A stretch of 63,567 nucleotides of DNA, filler included, from Folioceros fuciformis (GCA_049999805.1; 9 parts of 9 records of this genome joined end to end with filler, not necessarily neighbours in it); one strand, 5' to 3'; shown: positions 40,052 to 54,015, counted from the whole stretch's first letter. Notes: a model not told the origin generated them from the letters alone. Made by a program: numbers and translations.

Positions 40052-43000
40052 AGGATGGAGCTTAGGGAGTCCCACTCTCCGAGATCTGGCCGCCACATTT
40101 GCCAGGACCCATTTAAAGCGTGTCTCAAGCAATGTCTCATGTTGGGTAGGGATGATAAATACACTTAGCCAGCTAAGACATTGCACCCAAAGTTGGTAGC
40201 ATTTATCATTAAAGACACCATTGCCGCACAATGTACCCTTCACCTAGCACCTCATGACATTATATTGAAGGATCTTCTTGATTTTGTAATTGAGGAGCCT
40301 TTTGAAAATGACAATTTATTGTTTGGATTTAGAGTCAAACCGGTCTGTGTGGATAGGCCCGATTTAATTCAGACGCTGTTTTGGTATGTAGGAAACCCCA
40401 CCTATGAAAGGTCCTCACTTACAAAAAGAAAGTGTTAGTGAACCTACTTATAGAGGGGACATCCTCACCCTACGTAGAGAGGGAGATCATAGTGGGAAAA
40501 AAGCAACGGGAAGAGTTCCTCAACTTGAAGAACAAGTGAGCCCCTTTTCTATAGATATTAGGAGTGATCTGTAGGTAGTGGTGAGAGGATGCTCCAAGAG
40601 ATCAGCATAGAAGAAGGTTCGATGGAGGCTTGCGAGTCCAAGAGAAGACAATTCCAATTAATGGAGGAGGGCCCATTGGTAGCTCAGCCAACTAATCCCA
40701 TCTCCCTTCAGGAGCAGCCCTAGCTACTCCCTCTTGGGGAGGGCCTAAGAATCTTGTATGATAGTGCTGACAATGCCAACTTTCAGCAATGCCTAGTACC
40801 CTAGTAAATTATTAGTAGGTCTTAGTCCCTTGGTTGTGTGCGTAGTTAAAGCCTAAAGGAGGCTAGTGGTAGGTAAGAAGCCGTCCATTGCCGCATATAA
40901 GAAGAACGAAGGACTCGAGCATAGGGGGGGAGCGCTCTTTTGGATTGTAAGTTTTTTATAATGAGTAGTGAACCAGCTTCGGGAGTGATTTTGTGGAATC
41001 CTACAACTATTGTGGGGTTGATGTGGCCACAATAATTGTGAGTGGGGTCTAGTCGGGATACCATACCTACTTGCCCATAGTAGCAATAATAGTGGTTGAG
41101 GTTGCTGCCAAATAATACATGGTTAAGCTTAGGTTAGTATGATGTCTTACCTCGTTCTTGCAGTGTCAAATCATGATTTCGTGCTTCGGATGTGCTTGAG
41201 CTGGGATGACAAATCCCAGTAGAAACCCTGGCATGGGATGATAGATCTCAGTAGAAAACCACGCTTGGTTTCCCAAAACATGGGATCCAAGTGCTGAAGA
41301 CGGTTGGTATGGGTTCCCTTTCTGCAAGAATTTTAGCTACCATATTTGTTGGTGGGATTATGAAGATGGGAACTCTGATTTGATCTGTGAATCGATGCCA
41401 CGCGATAATCTAAAACTTTGAGCTGTAACAACAACAACAACTTTATTTATGTCCATTAAGGATGGAAGAACCATCATGGGACAAAGATAGTACACAGTAA
41501 AAGATGTTTAAAAACCAAGTACACTTACAAACGTCTAAACTAGAGAAGCATTACCTGTATGAGGGAAACAAAAAACAAAGCGAAGACAATAAGGAGTCCA
41601 ACAAGGACTGCCGAAGATCAAGAAGCTCAGAGAGACATAGTCCAGAGAGACTAGGAATGTGGAAAGAAAAAAATCTGCGCAGTGAGAAGCCGGCACATTC
41701 AAGAAGAAGAGAGTAACAAGACCGAATATCGACATAGGCAAGACAATAAAAGAGGAAGTGTGATTCAGATTTAGGATCGAAGGAGCAAAGCTTGCAGATC
41801 CTATCCTCTTGGGGAGGGGTAGGCTTGAGCCAACCCTCGGTCTCAATCCGGAGGTGGTGGGAGCTAACACAAAAGTGGGAGCTAGTGACCTATGAGTTTG
41901 CAGAGTTTGAAGGACTAGTTCGGCCAAGTTTTCGATGGGCTGTAAATTAAACGTGATTATTGTGTTGTTTCCTGATTGGAGGGACAGTGCTGAGCCCGAG
42001 GCGTGTGCAGGATCGCCCGTAGCGCGTGGCCCCTGTGTGTCGTTTATTATTTTTGGCGTTCTCGGCGTGTGAGCTACAGCAGATACATGCTGTGGCCAAT
42101 CCCATGCCTGCAAGTTTCAGCTTCTTGCCACTATGACACAAAGCAGACCGCCTCCACCGCCAGCCACCAGCAGCTCGTCCTGAACTTAAAAAATTGATTT
42201 TCCATCGCCGGATTTTGCGTTTTTGGGGAACTTCGTAAAACGGTTTGGTCCTCCTGAGTCCGTTGATCTTAACGGCCGGCGCGTAGAACGCCACGCCCCA
42301 TACCTCCTCAACGGCTCCAAGCCGGCGACTAACCGGGTGCGCGATCGCGTTCATGCCTTCCAGCTGATGGCTGGTTATGTAGTAAGTAAGACGGGACTTG
42401 TGTCGGGCCAGTGCGCACGCTAGCGCGGGTAACGGCCGACCGGGTAGCTGCAGCTTTGCCCGAGGGGGAAGGGGAGGGGGCCAGAGGTCCAGACTCCGCT
42501 GCGAACGGGAAAGGGAAGGGAGGAAGGAGTAGGACAGGCAGCGCTAGGCCATGGCAGGAGGAACTGTGTCCGCTCTTCACGCTGCTGCTCTGTAGTGCTG
42601 CTCTGCTCTTCTGTGTGCTGCACCTTGCGCCGCGTCCCGCTTGCGTGCATGCAAAGCTCGATCTGGAGGCCCACGGGAGGAAGGTTGAGCGCAGCCAGCC
42701 GGGCCACCTGAGTCCTCAGTCCTGAGGGAGAGAGCTGGGTCGAGCGCTCTCCAGCAGCGCGACTGCCGCGGGTGAGGGAATTTGGGACTTTTTCTCGAGC
42801 GTGGAATTGGCTGTGCTGGCTTCTTTTGGCCTGGCCTTGCTGTGAACTGGTGGCCCATGGCCATCAGAGCACAAGCACGGTCCTAGGCCTTGCAGTGAAC
42901 TAGCGGCCCACCGCTTGTGCTCCAGGGCTCTTTGCCTGGCTGTTGAACTGAATGATGTGCGCCTGATCGAAGGGCGTGCTGCCTGCGCGGTGCGGCTTCT

Positions 43001-43337
43001 TGTTCTTGCGCACTGCTATTGTGCTTAGGAATGGCGACGTTTTGGTAGCTGCTGCCTGGCTGCCTTCTTGGACGATGCAGTTGTGCTGTGTGCTTTGCTG
43101 TGCTGTTGCAGCAGGTGGAGAGTTGTCTCGTCTTTTTTTTGAAGTGCCTATCTGGGAAGGATTGTACCGAGAAAGAACTTAGTTTGCATAGATTTCTGCG
43201 CTTAGCAGGTGACCTAGGCAAATGAAGACGAGAATATCGATCTTCAAGGGGAGGGAGGAGCACCATCAATAAATGGTCTTATGTCGGGCTGCATACCTCG
43301 TGGGTAATTGTTGCGTGTGAAGCTCCCGGGGCGCAGG

Positions 43338-44358
43338 ATGAATAGCCCTTATGAGACTCTGTCTCCCTCACAGGAGGAGGCCCTGCTGAGGTTACGGGCC
43401 GCTCTGACAGACCAGAGGCTCCTTCGGAAGAGGGACGATGACTACGCACTGCTGCGGTTCCTGCAGGCCAGATCGTTTGATGTTGGCAAGGCCAAGGCCA
43501 TGTACGAGGCCATGATTGAGTGGCGGAGAGAAATTGGCGCGGACTCCATCAAGGAGGTGAGGTTTGAGTCTCATCTCCTTTTAACTCCTTGAGAATCTGA
43601 GCTGTTCTGACTTCGTACTCGCTTTCGGCAGACTTTCGAGTTTCCAGAGAAGAAAGCAACTAAGGAGCTGTATCCCCATTTCCATCACAAGGTTGACAAG
43701 TTGGGGAGACCTGTGTACATCGAAAGGTTGGGACAGCTGAACGTGGACGAATTTATGAGGGTCACCACCATGGATCGCATGCTCCTGTATCATGTGAAGG
43801 AGTGGGAAATACTTATTGACGTCAAGTTCCCGGCATGTTCCAAGAAGGCAGGGAAGATGATTGCTCAGTCGCTCACAATTCTAGATCTAAAAGGATTGGT
43901 AAGCTCTTATTCGCTTGTGTACTTCTGTGTGGTTTCCGTGTGATAGACCAGCTCCTGAACGTGCTCTCTCTTTTCAGACTATGAGGCACATGAGCAAGCA
44001 AGTGCGGAATTTCATTCAAAGAATCACGAAAGTGGATCAGGACTATTATCCCGAACACCTTGGGAATATGATTATCGTCAACGCTCCAACCGCCTTCAAG
44101 GCCATATTTTCGTTGATCAAGCCCTGCCTTGACAAGAGGACTCAGAAAAAAATTGAAGTTCATGGCAGCCACTTCTCACACAAACTATTGGAGCTGGTTG
44201 ACCGCGAAAATCTGCCTGAGTTTTTGGGGGGATCATGCAGTTGTCTGGGAGGCTGTGAGAACTCAGATGCAGGCCCCTGGAGCGACCCTCTATATCAGGT
44301 GCCCGTTTATGAAGATACTTTCTCTTCTGCCGGCGAGGACCCGAAGATACCAGCTTAG
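43338..44358 (+). CDS. Sec14/CRAL-TRIO phosphatidylinositol transfer protein, 3 coding exons
   Basis: DDYALLRFLQARSFD, YPHFHHKVDKLGRPVYIERLG, TILDLKG, DQDYYPEHLGNMIIVNAP, LPEFLGGSC...SDAGPW; exons 43338-43556, 43632-43898, 43978-44358. Confidence 0.93.
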
Positions 44359-45019
44359 ACGTTTCCCTCCCGGACGTTTCATTTTCACTCAGGGATTGCA
44401 CCTCCTTTGTCTCTGCAAAGTAGAGGCACCATTCTTACCATTCTTTTAACTAATGATCATCCCAGGTGGATAACACGAATTTTAAATTAGCCCACCAGCA
44501 CTAACAAAATCTTACCTTCCGTCCCCAGGAAGGGGATTGCACTTGTAGATAGTTAACTGCTTGGTGGACTCGAATGGAAGGTCAAGCCTTTTGTTTCTTG
44601 GCTTCGCCCTAGGCTGTGCCTTCTGTTGATTTTCTCTGAAGGTGCTTGGCCTTTTGTAACAGTGAGATAATAACAGTCCAGTGGTGCCATGTTCGCTGAC
44701 GTCTACGGAATGTTTTGCAGCATCTTCACTGTCAGTTTATGCACATGTAGGAAAGTGGAGTCTGTTGTTGAATTGTCAGTCCGTGGTGTGCAGGATGTTG
44801 CAGTAAGACAGAACGTGTACATACTGAGATGCATCCTAGTGCTCTACGGGGCCCTTGTCAGAGCTGCTATGGCGTGCGTCTAGGTGGCCAAAGCAGAACG
44901 CAGGAGCCGTGTGATGTCGTGCCATGACTTGTTAAGTCTTCTCCCTTCTAGCTGGAGTGCTTGAATGAAACCCTCAGAGCGCACCACACCGTGTCCTACT
45001 TCCCTCAACACGTCGTCGT

Positions 45020-45860
45020 CGTCCAGCTTACGTTACTGGCAATGTACATGCGCTCTGCGCGTGGAACACGTGTACCTTCGTGTTCGTAACTTTGCAAACT
45101 GTCCTCCTGACAAACGTAGACCATTCGAAGGCACACTCTGAGACATTTCTCGATGATGTACTGAACGCGTTCTTCGCTTGAGCATGAGTCCAATTTGGCA
45201 TGACTTTCACACTTTATAATTCTGCGACTTCGTGTAGCATACTGCCTTTCACGGGGAGGCTGATTGTACAGTCTTTCAATCTTGTTTAAAACATCTGGAG
45301 CCCGATGTGAATCCTGTGCGAAGCCATTCCACTGAAGGCCATAACCTCTACAATCTCTTGTCCCGCACCACTGCCCAACTCCTTACAGGTTTGCAGCTGT
45401 AGCTCACCTCAGAGTTATAGTAGTCGACTGGTTGACTGCAAGCACCTCTTTCCGTAATGAACCAGGGACACCATCGAAGCAGCTAGGGGTCAGTCACTTC
45501 ACACCAAAGTAATTGATCTAGCCATCGACACACACGGGAAGGATTGCTGCCACAGGTCTCTTTGCTTAAATTCTTTGGCAAACATGGGTACGAAGCAGAG
45601 CATGCTTGTTAGTTTGCCCATCTGGATCAGCACACCCCTTCGGAACGTCTGGAGCTGCTACCATGAAATGACAAAACTTTCCACCGGATCTTGCTACAGT
45701 GGTCTGGCTCTCCATGATCATATCTTCGACCTCATCCCGAATGTGCCTCATGGCATGTTGTCATGTTGGGGGATTCCTACTGGGAAGAACGATTCCAAAA
45801 ATAGCCGATATGTCGCCGTTCCGAACCCGCTCTACCCAGTTCATCAGTAGTAGACAAAGC
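45020..45860 (-). pseudogene. Highly eroded PPR C-terminus (E/DYW:KP) relic
   Basis: In expected order across frames: RDEVEDMIMES, AASMVSLVHY, KPVRSWAVVRDK (KP box, 45392 downwards), IIEKCLRVC, KVHVFH..C. Confidence 0.4.
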
Positions 45861-45954
45861 AGCGCAGTTATGGAAACCCACAGAACCGTCGAGGGCTGGG
45901 ATGCTGATATTGCAGGCATAGGAAAGGAAAGCGAAAGCGAAAGCGGAGTTGCCA

Positions 45955-47800
45955 GTCGGCTACTTTGTGCAGTCCAGAGAACGTAGTGTATCCGGTGGGC
46001 TTGTCTGACTGTGATCTCCTCTTGTTCAATCTTTGACAGGCCACTGTGGCGGTCATTGCACATTCACAGTCTTGGTCAGAAACAGGGAGGTTCCCATCTG
46101 GGTTGTTTACAAGATCGTCAGCCAGTGACAGTTTCTCGGCATGTCCCCACAAGGCATCCTCCTCTGAAACAGATCCTGATTTCAGCAACACCACCTGAGA
46201 GTGTTTCACATGTGCTGCGTCCTCCTTCACCTGCATATTCGCGCTCCTGGGCCTCGAAGGCCTGTCCAGTACCCTCTGCTTCCACAAAGAAAGTGTGAAC
46301 CTTGTGGTTCATCTCAATCCACGCTTTGACAGGATTTTGCACCTGCGGCTTTTCTCGAGTCTGGTTCTGTCCACCTACCAGGGTTCGCATGCGTGGTGGC
46401 CCATATAGCATACGAAGATGTCAATCGGATGGTCAACCATTGCCTGGCATACTCTATGTTGCGATAACTCTGAGCACTTACAAAGCTATCCAGCCCACAG
46501 TTCGCATGCGTATCCACCAGCCTGCTGACAACAACCACATCCGCTTAGGTCCTTTGTCCTGAATATCAGCATCAAGCTATGTCCTTTCTTGCAATGCACC
46601 AACAGCGTGGCATGCCATCTAGAGACACAGAAATGCAACCACATCAGCTCAACTAAGGTCCTCCTGTGGCATGCAGTGCAGAAAGATGAAGAACCTTTTT
46701 AACCAAGTCCATGCTCAACATATCCAGAAGCAATGTTAATCTGAGTAGCCACGTTCTTCAGAGGTAAACTGTGAAACACTTTGCAAGGATCATCAAGCCT
46801 CCCACATTTGGCATCTGGGGTTTAGGGTCCCAATAACCAGTTGGCCACAGCCATTTCAGCCTTCATTCCCAGTCCCGATATCAGCCAATGCAGCTCTTTC
46901 CTGATCTAAGGCTCTGTAGAGTCTGTGCACACGCCTTGAAGAGGCAGACCAACGTTAAGTGTTTGATGCGGCCGTGCTGTACTTAGGCCTACTGACATAC
47001 AGCAATAGGGCCTCATGACGGCCCATTTGTTTGCATATCCAGAGATCATCGCTTCCATTTCACCACATCTCTGGTCGTCATCGAGACAAATAGTCCAAGC
47101 TACCGCATTTTGCATACATGCAACCAGGCAATTACAAAGTTGCACATCAGTTTCCAGCCATTCTTCCCTGACCGTGGCAATATAACTTCTTGTCCTGTTG
47201 TGGCGCTTCGACACTCGCACAACCATTGAGGAGACATTGAACGGTAACTTGGTCGCCCAAAGCCATACCATCCTGTATTCTCTCATGCAGAGCAAGCACT
47301 TCTCTCCCGACCCATGCTGGGCGTATCCTGCCGTCATTACAGTCCACGTGACCACGTTTCTCTTGGGCACTTTGCTAAACACACTATGGGCATCCTCTAA
47401 GCTACCACACAGCTGCACTGCCACAAATGTTCCATGATCTGAGCCAGTTTCATACTGGACTGGCACAACTTACGGCACAGGTCCATAGCCTGCACGGGCT
47501 TCCCGTCTGTAACATACACCGACATCATGAAACCCCACAATGTCCAGTCTGGCTGTACAACATCGAGAAAGGCCCCCGTGATTTCCGGCCAATTCCCACG
47601 AAATGCAGGAAGATATGGGCGCCTATCTCATTGTGGTGGAGCCACGAATGTTCGTCGTGCAGCTCCAATGCTTTTGACGTCTATTTGCTTCAGAAGGGCA
47701 GCATTGAACTGCTGCCGATATGGTGAAGGTCCCCTTCCAAGAAGGCGGCAAGTGTTGTGGTGCTAAGTTGCGCCAGATATGTGTTTGCACCATACCCACC
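45955..47800 (-). pseudogene. PLS-class PPR gene with DYW:KP domain, frameshifted
   Basis: CGSLEDAHSVFSKVPKRNVVTWTVMTAGYAQHG; NPVKAWIEMNHKVHTFFV; EEDALWGHAEKL; MCNDRHSG..SKIEQEEITVRQAHRIH; multiple frameshifts and deletions. Confidence 0.85.
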
Positions 47801-48559
47801 TTGGTGAGTTAGAGCATGGACGCGCCTGCCAACGACCAAATCCACTTGTCAAATGCACCCTCCGGGAGCACGATACAAAAGGGATTTCGAAAACGAAGAT
47901 CTTCTCTGCACCAGAACGTCCCGTGCTTCAACTGCCTGGCTGTCAGTGAGATGCCCCTAACACCGTCTGTCCCAAATCCCAGCCTTTGAAACCCCTTCAA
48001 TATAGGACACACAGCATTTCCTGGCCTCCGCGACGTTTGTTTGGGTTACTCACCCTTGTCACGGCAGATGTGAGCCTTCTGAAAGCCCAGGAGAGATATC
48101 TGCACGACTGGTGTTTGTAGTCCAGAATGGATCCAGAGCCAACTCCTTCCTGCCCTGTTCCACATCGCAAGGACACAGACTCGAAGAGCATCTGAACCAT
48201 CTTGGGGCCACGACAGCCCCCTCCCTCCCTCCTGCCCTATCCTCCATGGCAAGGAAGCACCTGACTCCTTGCCTTGATCATTGACGTGGACAGGAGAACT
48301 TGCTCCCAGAAGGTGACCCAGTAAACCCCCCTGACTATAAAGGGGGCCCGTTTGACTGTAGCGAACTGAGCTACAAATCTACGAGGGAGATAGGTTATTG
48401 TATAAATTGAAGCAGCATTTCACGACTCGGGTTGGACATCGGATCAGGGAAGGCTCGATTCTGGAAAGTGGGCGTGCGGAAGGTGGGGGAATGGCAGGGT
48501 TCTGACGTCGATTTGCTTCAGCAGGGCAGCACTGCTTGCTGCTTCTCAGGTGGTCCATC

Positions 48560-50465
48560 ATGCCGAGGTTCGACCTGCCCATCTACTGCGCTGCTTGGGC
48601 TGAGCCCGCTGCCGGGGACGACGAGAGTGAGGTGGTGGTGCTGGCTGGCGGCGGCGGCAACGGAATTGCCAACAAAATTTTCCTCTCTCGATACGACTGG
48701 CAAACCGAGGAGCTGTCGGAGGAGCTACAATCTGTGTCCACAGGCGACGATGTGCCTTACAGGATGACCCTGCATCCGGGGGGAGAGGGCTCCATTGTCT
48801 GCTCCAGTTCCACGAATTGCACTACCTTGAATTTGCGGTACTTCACGCCCAAGGGCGGGCAGCTGGGCTGGAATTTGGAGCCAGCTGAAGAGTCGTTAGC
48901 GTCTCTGTCCGATGCTGGACAGCAGTGTGTTGTGTTCAGCGCCGATGGTTCCAGGCTCGCCGCCGGGGGTGAGGTAGGTCTTTTGCCGAAGGACTTCATC
49001 TCCTTTTCTGCGGCTGGCTGACAGGCAATGGCTGTCCTGTTTGATATTTCAGGATGGCCATTTGCGAGTATTCGAGTGGCCAAGCTTGCAACCTATTCTT
49101 GATAAGGCCGGTGCTCACTTACGCATCAAGGATGTAGATTTCAGGTGGTGCATCTTCTCTACCTGACTTTTTTTTTTTTCTTCATCATCTTTTGGCCATG
49201 ATCAAGTGTGACCACGCATGTCCAAGTTTCTTCTGGTCTGCATTGTTCCCTTTCCCAGTTGCTAAGCTTAGATGTACAGCTTGGATGCTACTTTCTTGGC
49301 ATCAACAGATGACGGCAGCCCTTGTCGCATTTGGGACCTGGTGAAGGCTGCTCCCATCGCTACCTTGGACGGTGACAAGGCAAGTTTTCTCACTCATGTG
49401 TGTATTGTATACTGTCGTACACTCTGTGAGCGTGGTGGCTTTTCAATTGTGACTGCGGCAATAGGACGTTCGATGTGGCTCTGATGTGCTTTTACCCTTT
49501 AACCGAGTGGTCCTTTGGTTTCAGGTTGTATTTGCTAGATTTTCTCGTGGCACTACCAAATCACTACTCTATGCGGTGATGAGGGGAGGTGAGTTTTCCT
49601 GGACTCCTATCTGGCTCCAATTAGAACATGGTCGATGCTGAACGGAGTTTTTAGCCCGTTTCCGTCTCTAGCATTCACTGTTAACGTGCTTTCAGTCACT
49701 ACGTGCTGCAGGACGTAAGAAGAGTGCTTCTTGTACTGTCGCAACCTGGGATACCACGACGTGGACAAAGCGTCAAACGAGAGCGTTCAGTGGGAGTGGT
49801 ATCACCTCTTTCAGTATCAGTGAAGAAGGAAATTTTCTAGCCATGTATGCTGTTCCCCTGGATGCACTGCATCACGTCACTTATTGTGTCAGCTTCTCAA
49901 TCGTATACGGGGTCCTGCTCTTCCTCCTGGTCTACAAAGTTGTCATGCTTCAATGATGCTTGCAGTGGGGGGCTGGAGGGAGACATCTCTGTTGTCGACA
50001 CTAGAAGAATGGTCGTGTGCCAACGAGTGAAGGATGCACACAGTTTCATTGTTACCGCTATGGCATTTTCTCCAAAGGGAAGGTACTGATGCTGGATGAT
50101 GAACGGTGGCGGGTTGGAGTCAGTTGGTCCGTCGTTGATGCAAAGCCACTAATGGTGGTACTAATGTCCTTCTCCAGAGCTTTGTTGTCGGTAGCAGCTG
50201 ATGGAACCGCACGAGTTTCTCTTGTAGATGCGCGCCGGAAAGGTAGATTGCAATTTCTCTATTTCTGTTTCTCCTGTATGGCTCGAAACCTACAGGCTGC
50301 CCTGTTCAACTGAAATGTTTAATCTTGTGCTGTGCAGATTCCAGGGGGTATATGGTCTTCATTTTGTTTTTCCTCGTCTCTTTGCTCGTCCTGTACATAT
50401 TCACTGAAGAGAACATGGTTCCCCGTTGGAAAGAACGTATTGTCAGCCTACACCACAGCAACTGA
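48560..50465 (+). CDS. SEC12-like / PHF1-type WD40 ER membrane protein, multi-exon
   Basis: VVLAGGGGNGIAN, PYRMTLHPGG, FSADGSRLAAGGE/DGHLRVFEWPSL, SLDATFLAST...CRIWDL, AHSFIVTAMAFS, LLSVAADGTARV; C-terminal transmembrane segment; stop at 50463-50465. Confidence 0.88.
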
Positions 50466-53400
50466 TTCTGCTGTTGGGCGTCTTGCGGCTGTTGCCTGTA
50501 ATAATGCAATTTTTCCCAGGTACCACTTTCCTATGATTTCCTCGGCAACTCAGCTTGGAAAGCACGCCTTGAGTCACGTAAAAAAGGTTCCCCTCAAACA
50601 GGGCAATAACCAGCATTATTGTAATGGTCTCGTTTATCGTGCTCTGGAGGGGGACCAGAACTTGAGGAGAAGTTCATTCCAAGACTCTTGCCTTCCAAGA
50701 CTCTAGCATACATGTGGTCAACTTGTCGACCTCTTGGAAATCGTAAAGGGTACACGAAGTTCTGAGGACTTCGATTTCATCTTTTTGGCAATAAATGTAT
50801 CGACATACATACATGTGTATGTAAGTACTTTGACCTGTTATACTCCTCTGGAATGGCCATTCTTTGAGTATCAACTTGTGGGTTGTGACTGACTGGGTAG
50901 CGTCTAGGAGTGCAAGCTGTCTCCGCTGCTGCTCCGGTTCAAACCTGGGATTTTGTGGTTGGGCAATAAGAAAAGGTGTGGTTGCGGATGAGCACAGCGA
51001 TATAGAATATGTGGCGAGAACAGTTCCCGGGCTTTTGCGTGGCACAGGGAGCGACAGGTGGAGTGCCACTCTGCACCCGTGCGAGCAAGAGGTGTCAGCA
51101 CCGGTCGGGTCCCGGACTGTGGCGATGATGGCCACCCTGCCCGAGTCGAGATCCAGCCTGGCAGCCCATGACAACAGGCTCCCCGGCTACAGACAAGAGG
51201 TGAATGTACTTTAGCACTTAATAAGGCAGCATTGGGAGGTTAGCAATTGGGCGGGGCAATGGCATACAGATCGATGGACGGGTTGAGCTCACAAATCGAT
51301 TCACGTTCCTTGTCCAACGTGCGCAGCGCGCACCGCTTCCTTGGTCCCTTCCCTACTCCTTGAGATCCGAACCGAATGATTTGCACCGAGCACAACAAGC
51401 TTCATAACGTACCAGGGCCAGCGCCTGCGCTGCCCCTGCCTGCATCATTGTCATACATAACTGCCTTCTGCTTCCTCCGCTACTTCCTAAATAACTCCAC
51501 CCACTTCAACTTCCAAGGCTGCACACCTGCCGGGAAAAAGGAAGGAAAGGAAGCTGAAGGTGAAGGTGAAGGAGCTTCATTAGAGCATGTATCGGAATTG
51601 GTGTTGGAGGCCGGAGGGGGGGTCTTATTATTAGCCCCGGTGGCCAACAAGCACAACGAGAAATGAATGTACAGTGTGTACAGAGAGTAGGCTAGGTAGC
51701 ATGTAGGAAGCATGGCACATGCAATTCCATCGCAAGGAGCCGCTGCCCTGGCCCCGGCCCTGTCCCTGGCCCAGCCAGCGTGCGGGCTTGACGCTGCAGG
51801 GAAGAGTGTTGTCAGACAGGGGCAATCCCAGCAGCTTTTGTTGTTGCACAACCGGTCTGGTTGACACTGGAGGCGTCGCTCGACTAGGGTTTGTCTCCTG
51901 CTGATTGAGTTCACAGCTTAATGATCAGAGACCACGGTCCTCCCCTAACCTACCGTCCCACATGATGAGGGAATTGGGCGTCACCAAGCACATGGCGCCA
52001 GTGGCTCCGGGCAGCAGGAGCTTGGGCAGCAAGCTTATCGCCTGATGGATTTGGCGAGGCCGATGTTTGGACAAGCCTGTCACTGCTGCCGTCACCCATG
52101 CATGCTTCACATGTGAGGCCGCTGGCCACCACATGTGATCCAGCCCCTGTCGCACCATGTAATCCCGCATTGAGCGAGGATGAATTTAGGGGCCTGCCAT
52201 GCAACTGCACTCAATAATGGAACGGGCTTCAGTTGGAACGGAGCGTACCGTCGAGCCCGTTGCGCCCGCCCGTCGGGTCCCTTCTCTTCTGTTAGCTCAT
52301 GACGGAATGAAGGTGCGTACTTCCCCCCCTTTCCCCGCCCCTCTATGCCTTGATGGACAGCACAATGCAAAACTGCTGCCTCCTTATGACATTGTACGCA
52401 TCTCAGGCTAGCACTAGAGCGCATAATTTCGCTTACTGCCTTCCACTGTGCTGCATCTTGTGATCCGTTAGTGCCCGTCGTACTGGTACACGCCCGTCTT
52501 GTTTAACACCTGCCTGCGCATGCATTCGCTTCGATTCGCTTCACACAAAAACTCAGCATCATTCCCCTGCATCCCGCGCCCGCAGTGCGCTCAATCCTCT
52601 GCTCTAAATGATTCCAACAGTAAAAATTTGCCCATCCAGCCAACCCTGATCCCCGTAGTTAATGCTGCACATGTAAAACGGGGGCTGGGGGCTGCGGCCT
52701 GGGGGTTGAGGGCTGCGGCCTGGGGGTTGGGGGCTAGCCCCAGATGTTGTAGTACATGGCAACTCACCATGTACAGAACATACATTTAGAGACGTGTGCA
52801 TCCAGACGTGGAGGACACAGGGATGCATCCCAGGGTTAATAAGGTTGGGGTTAGAATTAGGGATAGGGTAATAAGTGCGGGAAGGAGTGAGGGATGGACA
52901 TCCGAATTCGCACCTTCTAGCTACTTCCTTTCGCATCTTCGCAGGTAGGTAGATAGGTAAGGGGGTAGATGAAGTTGCCAAACCCCAAGGACGAAGGGGA
53001 TGGAGATGGGGGGAATGCGAATCCTTAGGTGGCCGGGGCCGTTGCCGGAGCCGGGGCATGCGAGCAAGGGCCGCCGGGGCACGGGTCGTGGCGGAGGTCC
53101 GGGAACGCCTTTGCAAGAAAGGGAAAGTGGAGAAATTCGATGCGGCGTATGGGAGGGCGTGGAGCGAGGGTATGGCGGTAGAAGGTACATGTCGACTGGG
53201 AATGTTTCATTGCAATGCAAGCAAAAGCGATGGCAGAAAGGGAGGCAGGCAGGCAGGGGACGGTAAGTCAGAGCAGAGCATCTTCGGACGCGCGGACGGT
53301 GAAAGGCGAAGGGAGGCGCATCGGTGGCAGGGACGCTCTCAGGCGGCTCGAAAGCAGAGGCGAAGGAGGGAGGACGGGGTGGGGGTGGGGGGGGTTGGAA

Positions 53401-53915
53401 TGGAGCTCCCAGTCAGGACATGGACAGAACCAGAGGTTAGCAAAGGACACCGCCGGGCGGACGACGATGCGGTGATGCGCGCGGAAGCAAACCCTATTTT
53501 TACTGCATCCTTGGAAGCGCCGCTGCCGCTGCCGCTGCCGCTGCCGCAGCCCGGCGCTCCTGCTGCAGGAGCCTCCTCCTGCAACTTGTGGCTGCGGGAG
53601 CTCGCCGCTTGGGAGGTGGAACCTGCCATGCACCGCCAGGAACTGCGCTGCTCTGCACCAAATTCAAACTTGGCGCCAAAACCTCCGAGCTCCCACAGCC
53701 AATCTTTGCAGGTGGCAAGCATGGCGGAGACGCGTCCTGGTGCCCGCATCCGCGGCCATCCATGTGTCGCGGCCACGGCGTCAGGCCCAGCCCTGCTTCC
53801 GCAACTGGACACGTGATCCGCCTCTCCTGTCCGATCCCTTAATCCCTTGTATTACCACTTAAGCACATGCACCGGCACATGACACCCCTCCCCGGGTCCA
53901 TGGAACCAGGAGCGC

Positions 53916-54015
53916 NNNNNNNNNNNNNNNNNNNNNNNNNNNNNNNNNNNNNNNNNNNNTTAATTAATTAANNNNNNNNNNNNNNNNNNNNNNNNNNNNN
54001 NNNNNNNNNNNNNNN
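53916..54015. other. Artificial contig-join linker
   Basis: N44-TTAATTAATTAA-N44. Confidence 0.97.

Noticed and set aside
52195..52217. miR397-like sequence (TTATTGAGTGCAGTTGCATG, minus strand)
   Set aside because: Only the 5' part matches, and there is no extended miRNA/miRNA* duplex.
51955..52875. Telomerase RNA or snRNA gene (USE-like GTCCCACAT, CCCTAAA, degenerate TTAGGG runs)
   Set aside because: No correctly spaced TATA box after the USE-like motif, the template-like match is only 7 nt, and the telomere-like runs are irregular.
53058..53816. 252-aa plus-strand and 157-aa minus-strand ORFs
   Set aside because: GC-rich low-complexity sequence with no recognisable domain; cannot be supported as coding from sequence alone.
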